Positions 26,313-39,535 of a stretch of DNA of 64,000 nt are shown piece by piece. Below the pieces are notes generated by a model, which was not told the origin of the DNA, searched no databases, and worked only from the letters and a program-made list of their open reading frames with translations. The DNA lies in the NCBI GenBank assembly GCA_051294375.1, contig CM119265.1, positions 4,405,056 to 4,469,055 of the forward strand, given 5' to 3'. The position numbers and the translations under genes are program-made. The stretch is from Paraspadella gotoi (taxonomy: Eukaryota; Animalia; Chaetognatha). The first letter of the stretch is position 1; every line of letters begins with the position of its first letter.

Positions 26313-28981
26313 TGTGACCTTGCCTCTTGCCAAATAAGGAGAAGGGGCGGTCCTTCGGTCGAGCCTTCGGAGTTTTTCGAGCCGAAAACAAACTTCGTAC
26401 ATTTAAGTGGAATTGTCGAAAAAGGATAAAAAAAAAAAAAATTTGAAAATAGAAAAAATGAGAAGGAAAAACATTTTTTAGAAATTCAAATGAGGCAGAA
26501 ACTGCCTCTCAGTACTTATATCCCCCTGCGTATAATTTGGCAAATCGAAAAATTTAATAACATCTTCGAGCTTTTTTTATGGTCTTTTTCGTGGAATGGG
26601 AGGCAGGACGCCAAAATGATGTTTTCCAAGCGAATGCTTAGTGCTGGTTCTTATTACGATGACTTTGAAATGTTTTTTGATCGGGAAATGGCATTTTAAA
26701 TCTTTCTCTGGGACATTGGCTTTTAGAAAATATTACTAATTTACCGGATTTCGTATTTTTTAACAGAAATGTGTTTGGCGGTTTTTTATCAAGCATGTCC
26801 TCAAAGAATGCTTAGGAGGAATATGTCGTTTACCGTCTCAAAACAATAAACTGGGCTATCTTTGTGACGTATTTGGCGTTAATTCAATTTTGTTCGCTTT
26901 CTATATTCCTCTTTAATTCCTATTTTTTTTTATTTCTTGATAAATTGGAAGTCATTCTACTATTTTTTTATTATTACAATCGCAATGTTGTTCTTTTTTT
27001 CTTTTTCATCGTTTACAGTTCCCTATAAAAGTATTCTTTCTTTTCCTTTTTAACTCGATCTCATAAAAACCCTCTTTCACCTTTAAATTCTTACCGTTTC
27101 TATCACACCTCATTTTTCTTCTCAAAAANNNNNNNNNNNNNNNNNNNNNNNNNNNNNNNNNNNNNNNNNNNNNNNNNNNNNNNNNNNNNNNNNNNNNNNN
27201 NNNNNNNNNNNNNNNNNNNNNNNNNNNNNNNNNNNNNNNNNNNNNNNNNNNNNNNNNNNNNNNNNNNNNNNNNNNNNNNNNNNNNNNNNNNNNNNNNNNN
27301 NNNNNNNNNNNNNNNNNNNNNNNNNNNNNNNNNNNNNNNNNNNNNNNNNNNNNNNNNNNNNNNNNNNNNNNNNNNNNNNNNNNNNNNNNNNNNNNNNNNN
27401 NNNNNNNNNNNNNNNNNNNNNNNNNNNNNNNNNNNNNNNNNNNNNNNNNNNNNNNNNNNNNNNNNNNNNNNNNNNNNNNNNNNNNNNNNNNNNNNNNNNN
27501 NNNNNNNNNNNNNNNNNNNNNNNNNNNNNNNNNNNNNNNNNNNNNNNNNNNNNNNNNNNNNNNNNNNNNNNNNNNNNNNNNNNNNNNNNNNNNCGATAGT
27601 AAAACATGGCGAACTTGAATATAACTGGGCTGCAGAGATAGTGGGCGTGGGCGACGGGCAGAGAGACGAGGTGGGCGTGGCGACGTCTCTCCGTTTCCCG
27701 GGTCGTAAATCGAAAGTCGTCGTCCTTCCGTCGCGTTGGCGTCACCGGGGACGGTGACGCGCGTCCGACTCAATGAGGATCTACGGTCGGAAAAAAAAAC
27801 CGGGCGGGCGGAGTAGACGGAGACGCCCGTCCGGTTGAGCGGACGAATGGACGGATGGACAGATGGAGAGATGGCCTGCTCGTCAATTGTCATGTAGCGC
27901 GAACGACAGGGCTCTCTTCTCCCTCGTTGTTTCCACCTTCGAGAGCCTCGTTTTTTTTTTCAACCTGCGTCGTTCGCGTNNNNNNNNNNNNNNNNNNNNN
28001 NNNNNNNNNNNNNNNNNNNNNNNNNNNNNNNNNNNNNNNNNNNNNNNNNNNNNNNNNNNNNNNNNNNNNNNNNNNNNNNNNNNNNNNNNNNNNNNNNNNN
28101 NNNNNTTCTCTTCTTTCCTTCTTTTTTTAAATTTAAAAAAAAAACTTTTCTTCTCGGGGGAAAAACAAACTCACTCGTGCGAAGGGGGAAAAAAAACCGC
28201 GAAAATTTCCGCTTAATATGTAGTATCTAGTAAAAGATATATATTTTGGTTTTGTTGATCTAAATTTTTTTTTCCGCGCGGCATTGTTGCTTCGAGTTTA
28301 GGCAGACATTATAAACGATCAACAAAAGAAGAGAAAATGTAATTTTTTTTCCCCCTTCTGCATCTCGTCGGTCTTGGCGGGTCTCTATCCATCCAAGTTC
28401 TAACCTTCACTGTCCTTTTTCTCTATCCTTTCTATCCTTTCAAGATCCTCACGTCGTTAGAAATACTTTGGGAATCGAGATTTTTTTTTTCTCTTTTCCG
28501 GTGGACAATTTGGGATTTGTCTCGTTAGGCGGAAGAAGTTGAGATGAATGGAAGAATCGAGCGTGATGGTTTTTGTGTTTGGCCGCTGGGAAACGGAGGA
28601 AGGGATGCATGGACGGACGGACAAATGGACAAAGGCGATAAACAAAACGGAAGCCTTTAAACGAGGCTGATCTTCTCTACTTTCTACTTTATCTGTTTGT
28701 CAAGTATGTACTAGAACATGATATGGAAACAGCCAGGTTGCCTGTGATGCCCATTGAGATGGGGCGTCTCACTTTGGGGGCTTTCGACCCTCAGAGACGC
28801 CTCCAGTTACTGGCGCGGTTATATTTTTAAAAAAGGCCTCCAGGTTAACGCCCTGCTCCTTCCTAGATCTGCCTATCTCGTACACAATGTTATATTTTGA
28901 AAATAGGCCTCAAGGTTAGGACTGTGGATGGAACACAACGCCTGGGATGGTGTGTTCCCCCTCTGAGCCAATGGTATTGTC
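26313..28981 (-). repeat. Right arm of inverted duplication (deletion-rich, two N gaps)
   Basis: Reverse complement of 22428-25417 with many 1-2 nt indels. Confidence 0.9.
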
Positions 28982-29334
28982 TCAATGATGGTGGATGTGA
29001 GGCGGTGTGAATATACCGTCACAATGATTAAATTTTACAGAATCGCCCTCGGAGAAAATTGTTCATGATAATTTTTTTTGATGTAATGTAATGTAATTAC
29101 TGCGGAGAGTGAACAGTGAGACAGTGAAAGTGAGATGTTTAAAGGTGGGAGCGTGAGTAGAGAGTAATATTTGAGACAGGCTGGGACAAACGAGGCATAA
29201 TTTACATCCCTGGGGATTGAGGTATGTTAGATTAATGATTACATGGTTTATTTTTTTTGAAGCACATTTCTTTCTTTATTTGTGACTCAATATTTCTTAT
29301 TTTTCCCTAATTTTATCGAATTTCTTGTAAATGT

Positions 29335-29387
<53 letters not shown>

Positions 29388-29417
29388 TCTTCTCTCTCTC
29401 TCTCTCTTCTCTCTCAG

Positions 29418-29448
29418 CGAACTTCGATTTCACGGGCGACAGAAATCG
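29418..29448 (+). CDS. Candidate 31-nt micro-exon of the FSTL4/5-like gene (xNFDFTGDRNR)
   Basis: Long TC tract ending ctctcag, then cg aac ttc gat ttc acg ggc gac aga aat cg|gtcagt; phase-2 exit matches the phase-2 entry of exon 37042. No homology support. Confidence 0.33.
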
Positions 29449-29735
29449 GTCAGTTGATCGCCCCGGGGACTCGATGCAAACGCGACGCCGATTGAGAATT
29501 CCAGCTGGGAAAGCCACGCAGCTTTCGAATACCCAATCTCTGTTTATCGGTTGCTTGTCGGTTTGTCCTTTTTGCTTGTTGTTTTTGCGTCCGTACTCAT
29601 TTACCATGATTTTATCTCATCAAGGGAAAAGATGTGAAGGAGAGAGAGAGAGAGAGTAGAGAGAGGGGAAGAGAGAGGAAAAGGGAGGAGAAAGAGGGGA
29701 GAGGAAGAGGGAAGAGAGGGAGAAGAGAGAGAGTT

Positions 29736-29768
<33 letters not shown>

Positions 29769-29787
29769 TTGAAGGAAGGGAGAAGAG

Positions 29788-31275
29788 GGAATCGGAACTT
29801 CCCCGACCCCCAATGACTCTAAAAGATTCCATTTCCTCAATCGGATTTCTCATTTTTGAGATCGTTTCCGGTTTCGCCTCTGATAAATAGTCAACTTATT
29901 TTTAAAAAAAGAAGGTCGTCCCGTCACAATCTTCGAAAATATTATCCAGGTACCAAAGAAAAGTTACTAGTAAGAACTTATGTTTACAACCTTAAATAAA
30001 ACGGTTCAAAAGTTAATGAAATAATGATATAAATAAAATGCAAAATATGAAGAACTGTCTCCGCTGCTTCAAGATATAAATAAACTATTACTTCACTCTT
30101 GCCAAAAAAGAAATGGCGTGAAAAACTCCAGCGGAAAACAAAACACACAGCGCACACTGACACTCACACACACACACACATAAAAAGCAACAACCTTAGG
30201 CCTAGAATCATAAACCCCAAGATCCTTCCCCCACACTCCGCCCCCCGGAATGAGATTCGCGAACCGATGACGTCGCGAAAATGAGACGGAGACGCAGTAA
30301 AAACCAGATGGAAGAAACCGATTACTCGACGGGGTTCTGCGTCGAATCCGTTGGATCCGATTCGATTGGAATCGGTTGAATCGGAGGGAATCGGTTAGAA
30401 TCAGATCGTAAGATCGATTTAAATCGGTATGATCGGTTAGCATCGGACTTGATCGAATGAAATCTGTGGGATCTGTTGAAATCGTCATTAATTTTAAGAC
30501 TAAATCGGGTTGGAACTGGTTGAATCGAATAAAACTGATATTTTCAGCTAAAATCGAATGAAAAAAAGTTGGAATCGGTGAAAAGCAAAAAAGTTAAAAT
30601 CGATAAGAATAGGACAAAGGCGTTAATTGGGTTGCAACAGAACGGTTTCGTTTTGAAAAGATGCAATCAGTACGCTTTAGAATCGCCTTCCGTCTCCTGG
30701 TTTTTCGCGCGCGGAAAAAAAAAAAATCGAAACTTTCCTTCCGTTAAAAACTCGTCATCCGCGACTCAAATAACTTCGTTTCGAAATCGGAGCTCAACCA
30801 ATTATCTCTCTCTTAGACTTAATCTTTTTAGTCTTTTTTAATTTCCTGTCTCTCTCATGCTTCGTTTTCATTCTGGCCAGACTGGCTAATTCTATATATG
30901 AAATGGTAAAACCAATACAAAAAATTATTCATTATTTAATAAGTAAGCTATCTTGCCCTGACTTTGACTGGCTTTGATGGTTTAAGGCCTCCATCACTCT
31001 TACACGATAATCACATAGCAGTCCAATATGTTACACAATTTTTTCATGTACTCCATGTGCTCCTGTCATGGTTTTTCGCTTTACTCCAGTCAATGAGAAA
31101 TATTTTATCTTCTCTGGATCATTTAAACTATCCCTCTATTCCATATTTTAAATTTTCTTCTTTTCCCCGTAAGCTCTCGCCCCATCATCCTTACCCAACA
31201 CCACACCCACCATCTTCCCCCTAACTTACTCTCGTCTCGGCGCCAATCGACGCATCATCAGAAAAACTTAATCAC
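29788..31275 (+). repeat. Direct duplication, copy 1 (~1.5 kb)
   Basis: Matches 33484-35025 from gaatcg.aacttccccgacccc to cgcatcatcagaaaaacttaatca, differing mostly by single-base indels. Confidence 0.92.
30895..31025 (+). repeat. Short dispersed repeat family (aaat(t)ggta.aaccaata...cttgccctgacttt...aaggcct...catcactctta)
   Basis: Also at 34637-34768 (+), 25697-25833 (-), partial at 42622-42665, 51972-52017 and 63218-63242. Confidence 0.7.
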
Positions 31276-32509
31276 TTCTGGGGATGTCAGTCGTTTCGGT
31301 CGACGGGTGGATCAAGTTTTCGCTGAAATCGATTCTAATAAAATCCATGGTCAAGCCTTTATAAAATAGTAATAATATGGGTAGATCTGAAAGTGAAGGG
31401 TCTTGGGCAGGGCATCGAGGTGGAGCGCGAGCGGAATTTCATTTTTTCATGTATTAAAATGGCATTTGAAGTTGACTGGTTTGACCCCTTCGTAAAACTT
31501 ACGTAAACGTAAACCAGCTCATTCTTCAATAAGAAGAACAAACTCCATTTTTGACTTATATATGAAAAGCCCATGGTTTCTCTATCCATTGAGCTAAAAA
31601 AAGGTAAAAAATTTCCAAGCTGATTGCTTGTTTTGGTAATCAAAGAACTCCTTTTTTAGCTCAATTTCCCAACGTCATGCCCATGAAGAATGTCCATTTT
31701 GAATAGATGGTTAGAAAGTACAGTGTCTCTACTTTCATTTTTAGGTGGAGCGCGAGGCAATATTCTAAACTTTAAAATAAATCCGAAAAAACAAAGGGCT
31801 TTTGCTTCGATTAACACGTTTTATATTGGACCCAAACGCGCATAATTGACTCCTATCGCGAATCAAAATCCGAAAGCCATGGCCTGCGACGAGCAACCGC
31901 GGCTTCAGCCTGAAGTTCAGGAAGAGGATTTTTGTAGCTCGTTTATTATGAAACATCTTTCCCGCTCAACTTTTTAAAATTATATTATATTATAAATTAT
32001 ATATTATAAAAATTATATCTCTAAAAGGCTACGGAGATCTGTCTTTGTTACGATCGTTCTGGTAACGTGTATGGTCGTTTATGGAGTATGGCGTTGAGCG
32101 GAGAGGATTTATATAGAAAAAAAAAAAATTAAAGCGTAAAGAAGTTGTATATTTAATTTTTAATTAATAATAATATTTATTAGATATAATATTAAGTTTT
32201 CATAAACTTATGCGAGTTCTTCCTTTGTTTTGAGCGCTTGGTCTAGAGCCGGGTAGAGGAGTATGTTCATTTGTCGTTGAAGAAAGAGGACTGGAGAAAG
32301 CGACCCTCGTCGACCAAGGACTCATTTATTAACGACATGGCGCCTGGTCACGACTGATTCATTACAGGTAGAAATTATAAATGTTATTTTGTACATGTGT
32401 ATTGAATTTTGATATCTTAGTTTGTACTTCGTGATAAGCCTTTACCGTTTGGATCATTTCCATCATTCGTGCTTACGTCGTTCGTTACTATTTCAGTAGA
32501 GTGAGCACT

Positions 32510-33120
32510 TAGCATAGCCGGATGAAATTTAAAGCTAATGTATACAGCATTAAATAATCTATCATGACCATAGATATGGTATTAAAATATTTTTTGTCAA
32601 AAAAAGCTTTCTTCTGAGGGTACTAGTCTAATTAAAAATATTATATTACTATATAGAGCAAAAAATATTTTTTTTAAAATCTTAAAATTTTTGATGGATT
32701 CGGATAGAGCATAAAAAGTTAAGCAAAGAAATATAATTACAGCTTTAAAAATTCTTACGTTTTCTAAGTGAAATTATAAAAAAACTGATAAAATCATCGA
32801 AAAGATGATGATGATTTTTTATAGTTTTTCTTATTTTGACACACTTATCGTAAAAATATTTAAAAAAGAATTATACTTTGGTTACAGACAACTTTTTATG
32901 AGCTATCTGAATCTGGTCTTAAAAATTTAAAAATTTCAAAAAAAAATTTTTGGCCTTTCCTATCTATAAATAAATATTAAAAAAATAATTACTAGGTATA
33001 GAGCCATATTATAATTTTTTTGTCCATTGAAAGTATTCTTAAAAATGTCTAAATATTCGTTTGAGCATGTACTCACTCTAAATTTTTGACTCACCCCATG
33101 AGTGCGCTACCCTAACTTAA
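32510..33120 (+). mobile_element. AT-rich fold-back/MITE-like dispersed repeat, copy 1
   Basis: Near-full second copy at 45548-46240, restart at 33121-33219, related fragment at about 3500-3720; internal inverted symmetry 32620-32720 vs 32890-33000. Confidence 0.6.
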
Positions 33121-33244
33121 GTAGCCATAGCCGATGAAATTTTAATGCTAATGTATACAGCGTTAAAATAATCTATCATGACCATTGATTATGGTATTCA
33201 AATATTTTTATCAAAAATGNNNNNNNNNNNNNNNNNNNNNNNNN

Positions 33245-35025
33245 CGGTTCCGTCACAATCTTCGAAATATTATCCAGGTACCAAAGAAAAAGTTACTAGT
33301 AAGAACTTATGTTTACAACCTTAAATAAAACGTTTCAAAAGTTTAATGAAATAATGATATAAATAAATGCAAAATATGAAGAACTGTCTCCGCTGCCTTC
33401 AAGATATAAATGGAACTATTACTTCACTCTTGCCAAAAAAGAAATGGCGTGAAAAACTCCACGGAAAANNNNNNNNNNGAGAGAGAATCGAACTTCCCCG
33501 ACCCCAATGACCTCTAAAGATTCCATTTCCTCAATGCGGATTTCTCATTTTTGAGATCGTTTCCGGTTCGCCTCTGATAAATAGGTCAACTCTATTTTTA
33601 AAAAAAAGAAGGATCGGTTCCGTCACAATCTTCGAAATATTATCCAGGTACCAAAGAAAAAGTTACTAGTAAGAACTTATGTTTACAACCTTAAATAAAA
33701 CGTTTCAAAAGTTTAATGAAATAATGATATAAATAAATGCAAAATATGAAGAACTGTCTCCGCTGCCTTCAAGATATAAATGGAACTATTACTTCACTCT
33801 TGCCAAAAAAGAAATGGCGTGAAAAACTCCACGGAAAACAAACACACAGGCGCACACTGACACTCACACACACACACACATAAAAAGCAACAACCTTAGG
33901 CCTAGAATCATCAACCCCCAAGATCCTTCCCCCCACACTCCGCCCCCCCGGAATGAGATTCGCGAACCGATGACGTCGCGAAAATGAGACGGAGACGCAG
34001 TAAAAACCAGATGGAAGAAACCGATTACTCGACGGGGTTCTGCGTCGAATCCGTTGGATCCGATTCGATTGGAATCGGTTGAAATCGGAGGGAATCGGTT
34101 AGAATCAGATCGGTAAGATTCGATTTAAATCGGTATGGATCGGTTAGCATCGGACTTGATAGAATGAAATCTGTGGGAATCTGTTGAAATCGTCATACAT
34201 TTTAAGACTAAATCGGGTTGGAACTGGTAGAATCGAATAAAATCTGATATGTTTCAGCTAAAATCGAATGAAAAAAGTTGGAATCGGTGAAAATCTTGAC
34301 GAACGCTCAAACAAGCAAGAAAAAGTTAAAATCGATAAGAATAGGACAAAGGCGTTAATTGGGTTGCAACAGAACGGTTTCGTTTTGCAAAGATGCAATC
34401 AGTTACGCATTTAGAATCGCCTGTCCGTCTCCTGGTTTTTCGCGCGCGGAAAAAAAAAATCGAAACTTTCCTTCCGTTAAAAACTCGTCATCCGCGGACT
34501 CAAATAACTTTCGTTTTCGAAATCGAGCTCAACCAATTATCTCTCTTCTAGACTTAATCTTTTTTAAGTCTTTTTTAATTCCTCGTCTCTCCTCATGCTT
34601 CGTTTTCATTCTGGCCAGACTGGCTAATTCTATTATATGAAATTGGTAAAACCAATACAAAAATTATTCATTCATTTAATAAGTAAGCTATCTTGCCCCT
34701 GACTTTGGACTGGCTTTGATGGTTTAAGGCCTCCATCACTCTTACACGATAATCACATAGCAGGTCCAATATGTTACACAATTTTTTTCATGTACTCCAT
34801 GTGCTCCTGTCATGTTTTTCGCTTTACTCAGTCAATGAGAAATATTTTGATCTTCTCTGGATCTATTTAAACTATCCCTCTATTCCAATATTTTAAATTT
34901 TCTATCTTTTCCCCGTAAGCTCTCGCCCCACCATCCTTACCCAACACCACACCCACCATCCTTCCCCCTAACTTACTCTCGTCTCGGCGCCAATCGACGC
35001 ATCATCAGAAAAACTTAATCAACTT
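33245..35025 (+). repeat. Direct duplication, copy 2, preceded by a gap-flanked redundant 224-bp piece
   Basis: 33484-35025 repeats 29788-31275; 33245-33468 repeats 33615-33838 and is bounded by N gaps. Confidence 0.92.
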
Positions 35026-36105
35026 CTCTCTCTCGAAAAAAAAAAAGTTCGCTTTCTTCTTTTCTTTTCATTTTACTTCCGCTCTCCCCCCCGCCCAACT
35101 GAGAAAGCTTGTATAGAGAGACCTCCAGGTTAATCTCCCGCTCTTCTCCCCCACCCACCAATCGCCCCGATCCGTCATGATGGATCGCGCCCCACTTTCA
35201 ATATCCGGTGATCGATGGGCCGCTGGACGTGAAAGGCAATCGTCCTAATGGTTTCCATAACACTGCCCGCCCACGCAAAGAAAAAAAAGGAAACCCCAAA
35301 CCCTTTGAAATCGGTTTCGACCTTCGTGGCATTTTTTAAAATTGTTTTACATTTTTATTTATCATCGCACCTTTTTCTTTTACGCCGAGTTATTATTATT
35401 TCTGTCCGAGTGACCTCAAGATTTTTAACTCGACATCATTTCCATTTTTCATTAACCTTATCCCTTGTTCTCTTTCCTTAATCACCTCTGAGCATTTTTT
35501 TCTTTTCTTCTTTCTTTAATCATCCTTTCACATCTCTTAATTCACAAGAATCGGACTCATGGGAGTCCTCTCTTTAACCGTTTACTTAATCTATGTCCTG
35601 CACAATATATAACCCTAGGGAATCCAGTGAACAGTATATATTACAATTTATTATTTCGTACTATGTATGCATGTAACGAGTAATATAGGAAATTATGCGG
35701 AAAAAAAAACTACGGTACTTATTATTTTTTACGTTCAGATTCAGAATCCCTGGCTCCATTTTTCACGTCTTATATACATCCACGTATATTTAAATTTTCT
35801 GATCGAAGTTATACTGACTAAATAAATCACCATGAGTCGATTTCATTCCTAATTTCAAGCTCTCAAGTGTAAAATTCAAAGTTCCCGTTTTGCCTTCCTC
35901 GCCATTAAGCTTTTCTCCTTCCCGTCCAGACGTTAATACCTTCCCAGTCGCGACTATATTGTCACGCTAATACGGAGAGCCACTTTATGGCGTTCCAATT
36001 TTTATGCCGCTCCACTTTAAATGTCAATGGCAGTTACTCCTCAGCAGTTTTAACTCATTGAACAGCGGAAACGACTTTCCACCCTCCCTCCCCCACTTTC
36101 TCTCT

Positions 36106-36150
<45 letters not shown>

Positions 36151-36153
36151 TCT

Positions 36154-36197
<44 letters not shown>

Positions 36198-37041
36198 TCT
36201 CTCTCGCTCTCTAGTTATATCGATTTCCAGATTCCATCAGAACCATAACGACCTTTCCTCGTCTCTCCGGACTCGAGAGTAAAAAAAAAGAGAAAAGCTG
36301 GCGACTGAAAAACATCATCGAAACGAGAGACGGCGACGAAGGGATTGGAGTCCTCGATGAGAGGCCGTAGAAACGACGATGACGACGACGACGATCACGA
36401 CGACGACGACGACTTAAATGACGATCACGACGACGATATCAACGTCGATTACGACGATGACGATTCCGACCATTATGACGATGCTGACGATCGATTCCAT
36501 ACAGACTCGCTAAAAAAAATTTCACTAGGAACGTAGTGAAATATGCAAACCAATACATAAAATATCATGAATATTCTAATCATCGGTTTTTTTTTTCTTT
36601 TTGGTTCTATTATATTTCATTTGTCATGGAATATCTTACGTATTAATACGCATTTTCTACTTATTTTTCGAATGTTCCACTCTCCTGTCATATTTTTATT
36701 TTGGAAAATACAATTTTATCGGAGACAGGCCCCTCAAAACAGAAAAAAAATAACAATCCTGACAACTTCATCAAAATGAGAGAAAGGAAGAGAGAGAGAG
36801 AGAAAGAAAGGAAGAGAGAGAGGAAGGAAGAGAGAGAGACAGAGAGAGAGAGGGGGGGGCGAGGGGAGACCGAATTAAGCCGTCAGAGAGAAAAGATTGC
36901 CGACCGTCGAAGGAATGGTTCTGTCATTCTAACCAGCCTCTTCTCTTTTTTTTTCACTCTGTCTCTGTCTGCCTCTCAATACCACTCGTTGTCTCACTCT
37001 CCCCCCCCTACCTCCCCTCATTGCCTCCCCCTATTCTCCAG

Positions 37042-37156
37042 GGACAAACGCGGTTTCGATTTTGTCGCGCTGTTGGCGCTGGTGTTCAAGACTCACGACA
37101 CGCAGCGAGATGGCAGACTGAGTCAGTGGGAGCTGAACCAAGCGCAAAAACAAAAG
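37042..37156 (+). CDS. FSTL4/5-like exon, EF-hand 1
   Basis: ctccag acceptor, aag|gtcagt donor; DKRGFDFVALLALVFKTHDTQRDGRLSQWELNQAQKQK with EF loop DTQRDGRLSQWE. Confidence 0.87.
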
Positions 37157-37520
37157 GTCAGTTTCTATTTACGCTTTGTTACAAGGAAGTACTATGTTTG
37201 TTTTTTTTTTAAATCAATAAATTAGAAATTTATATAAATGTCAGATCAAAATCCAAAATGTATTAGCGACTAGCTTTCTGTACATTTTTTTATTGTAAAC
37301 ATAGTAGAAAATTAAGTGAAACGATAGAGAATATCATTCGGATCACACAAGAGAAGACATGAACTTAATTATAGTAATTGTAATAACTGTAAATAATTTC
37401 ATTTGAATTCTTTTGAAGATAAAATAAATGATTTTACAATTTACATAAATAGTTCAACCGACAACGGTGGATTAATATGCATTTTTATGGATTTATAATT
37501 AAATCTCGATTGACTTCCAG

Positions 37521-37593
37521 ATGAACGACATGAGAGAACTCTCGGAAGTCTGTTCCATGAATTCGCTCATTCAGTTCGACGACACCAACAAAG
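37521..37593 (+). CDS. FSTL4/5-like exon, inter-EF linker and start of EF-hand 2
   Basis: ttccag acceptor phase 0; MNDMRELSEVCSMNSLIQFDDTNK; g|gttagt donor phase 1. Confidence 0.87.
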
Positions 37594-37798
37594 GTTAGTT
37601 CCTCTGGAAAAAAGGGCACAATGGATATTAATTTAAAGTAACGCGAAACTTGCTTTGTCTATGATAGCATCCTTTTAAAAGCTAAATTAAAGTGAAAACC
37701 GTCAAGGTCAACACTACTTGAAGATTACAAAGGGCCAGTTCCTCGTACTTCGACTCCACCGCATCAATGTCTTCCCTACTCTTTATCCTCCTCTCCAG

Positions 37799-37949
37799 AC
37801 ACCTATCTCGACAAGCAGGAGTTCTTCACGGCCTTCGGCTACTTCGTCGAGGAGTTGGAGCGCGGTCCCCAGAACCCGAGTCTGACGCGGGCCAAAGTCG
37901 GCGACAACATCGAGATGAGATGCGACATCCGAAGACCCAAGAAGAAGAA
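37799..37949 (+). CDS. FSTL4/5-like exon, end of EF-hand 2 and start of Ig domain 1
   Basis: ctccag acceptor phase 1; (D)TYLDKQEFFTAFGYFVEELERGPQNPSLTRAKVGDNIEMRCDIRRPKKK; completes loop DTNKDTYLDKQE; VGDNIEMRCD is the Ig B strand; aa|gtgaga donor phase 2. Confidence 0.9.
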
Positions 37950-38897
37950 GTGAGACTGGATGCAAGGATGTGGGCGGGGAGGGAATTGAAATTAATTGTG
38001 AGTTAGATATAAAGGAGGAAGAGTGCGATGCGGAATTTTGGAAACGATCCAAGTACTTTGAGTGGAGTTTGGTGAGCCGAATTTTATAAACATTTGTTTG
38101 GAGATTACTTTCCTCACCAAGACAGTTCTTTCAAATAACCACGTGTTGTTTAGATGTTCCTTCTATTTCCTAAGGACAACGCTAACGAGGACGAGAATAA
38201 CCCAGATATCAGAAGATCGTAGGGGAAACGTGTAGGGGGTGGGGGAGCTCGGAAACGAGAAGGTCCTTGCCTTGGATGAGAAAAAAACCCAGATATCGTG
38301 AATCTGAAGTGGAAAGGGCAAGTGAAAGTAGGAGAGTGGAAAAAAAAATATTCGCCAATCTCTCTCAAACGCCAAAAAGCAGGTTTTTTTTCAATCGTAG
38401 GCTTAACGATAAAAGTTGCAATGCGAAAAAATGCACAAAAAAATAAGAAAGATCTGAGATCTAAGATGATTTCGTTGTCTTTCACTCGTCACGAAACAAT
38501 AAAGTCCCTCGGAGCTAAAAAGGATCTTGAAGACTCGTTTGATGGAGGTTAAGCTCGAGAAGACCTTAACCTCACTGAGGGCAGAGGAGGAATCCGCGAG
38601 AACGAGACCAGAATTTGTGAGTCGTGAGTGAAAGTGAGTCGCTTCTTCGTCAGTGAGGTGGGATTTTGGATGAAACGGTCAGGGAAGTTACCTCACTCCG
38701 CCTGTCAGAGACAATGGCCAGTTTTATAATGTTGTGAATTGGGATTTCAAGTCATTCTTAGATGAGAACAAAATTTACAAAGAATCATGCCGAGATGGAG
38801 GCTGCTTTGCAATTATTTAATCTTAAATTTTCTTTTTGTTTACCCTGAGGGTTCTCTAATTTGTTTTTTTCTTTGTTTAAACGTTTGCTTGGATTTA

Positions 38898-38995
<98 letters not shown>

Positions 38996-39007
38996 CTCTC
39001 TCTCTCT
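38898..39007 (+). repeat. (TTTC)n microsatellite merging into (TC)n
   Basis: Direct reading. Confidence 0.96.
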
Positions 39008-39161
39008 TTCGCTTCCATTTTCCTTGGTTATGCCTGTCATAAAATCTTTATAGCCTTCCATTTTCCATTCCTCCGTTGACTTTTCCCTTTTCCTTCTTCG
39101 TAACAGGATGGATGCCACGTTGACGCTCCAATCTCTCTTTTTCTTTTATTAGGTCTTTCTT

Positions 39162-39163
<2 letters not shown>

Positions 39164-39240
<77 letters not shown>
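39164..39240 (+). repeat. (TC)n microsatellite
   Basis: Direct reading. Confidence 0.95.
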
Positions 39241-39241
<1 letters not shown>

Positions 39242-39535
39242 TCCCCAGATATCTTTTCTCTTCCCCTTTACTCTTTTCTTTTCCTCATCCATCCCTCTTT
39301 ACCCTAAGCCTTATTTAGGTGTAAAGAGAAATCCCTCCCCCTATTTTCTTTTCATTATTTTTCCGTCTTCCCGTCTTGCTTCTAAATTTTACGATGCCGG
39401 CTTCCGGTGCGGCTCGACGTCGTTGGCGCATAAAGGCTGATTCGTGGCGGCGATGCGTAAACAGAAGAACAAAACAAAGAGAAAGGGAGGGAGGGACCGC
39501 GCGAATTGAAGGCGAATAAAAAAAAAATTGTTGAG

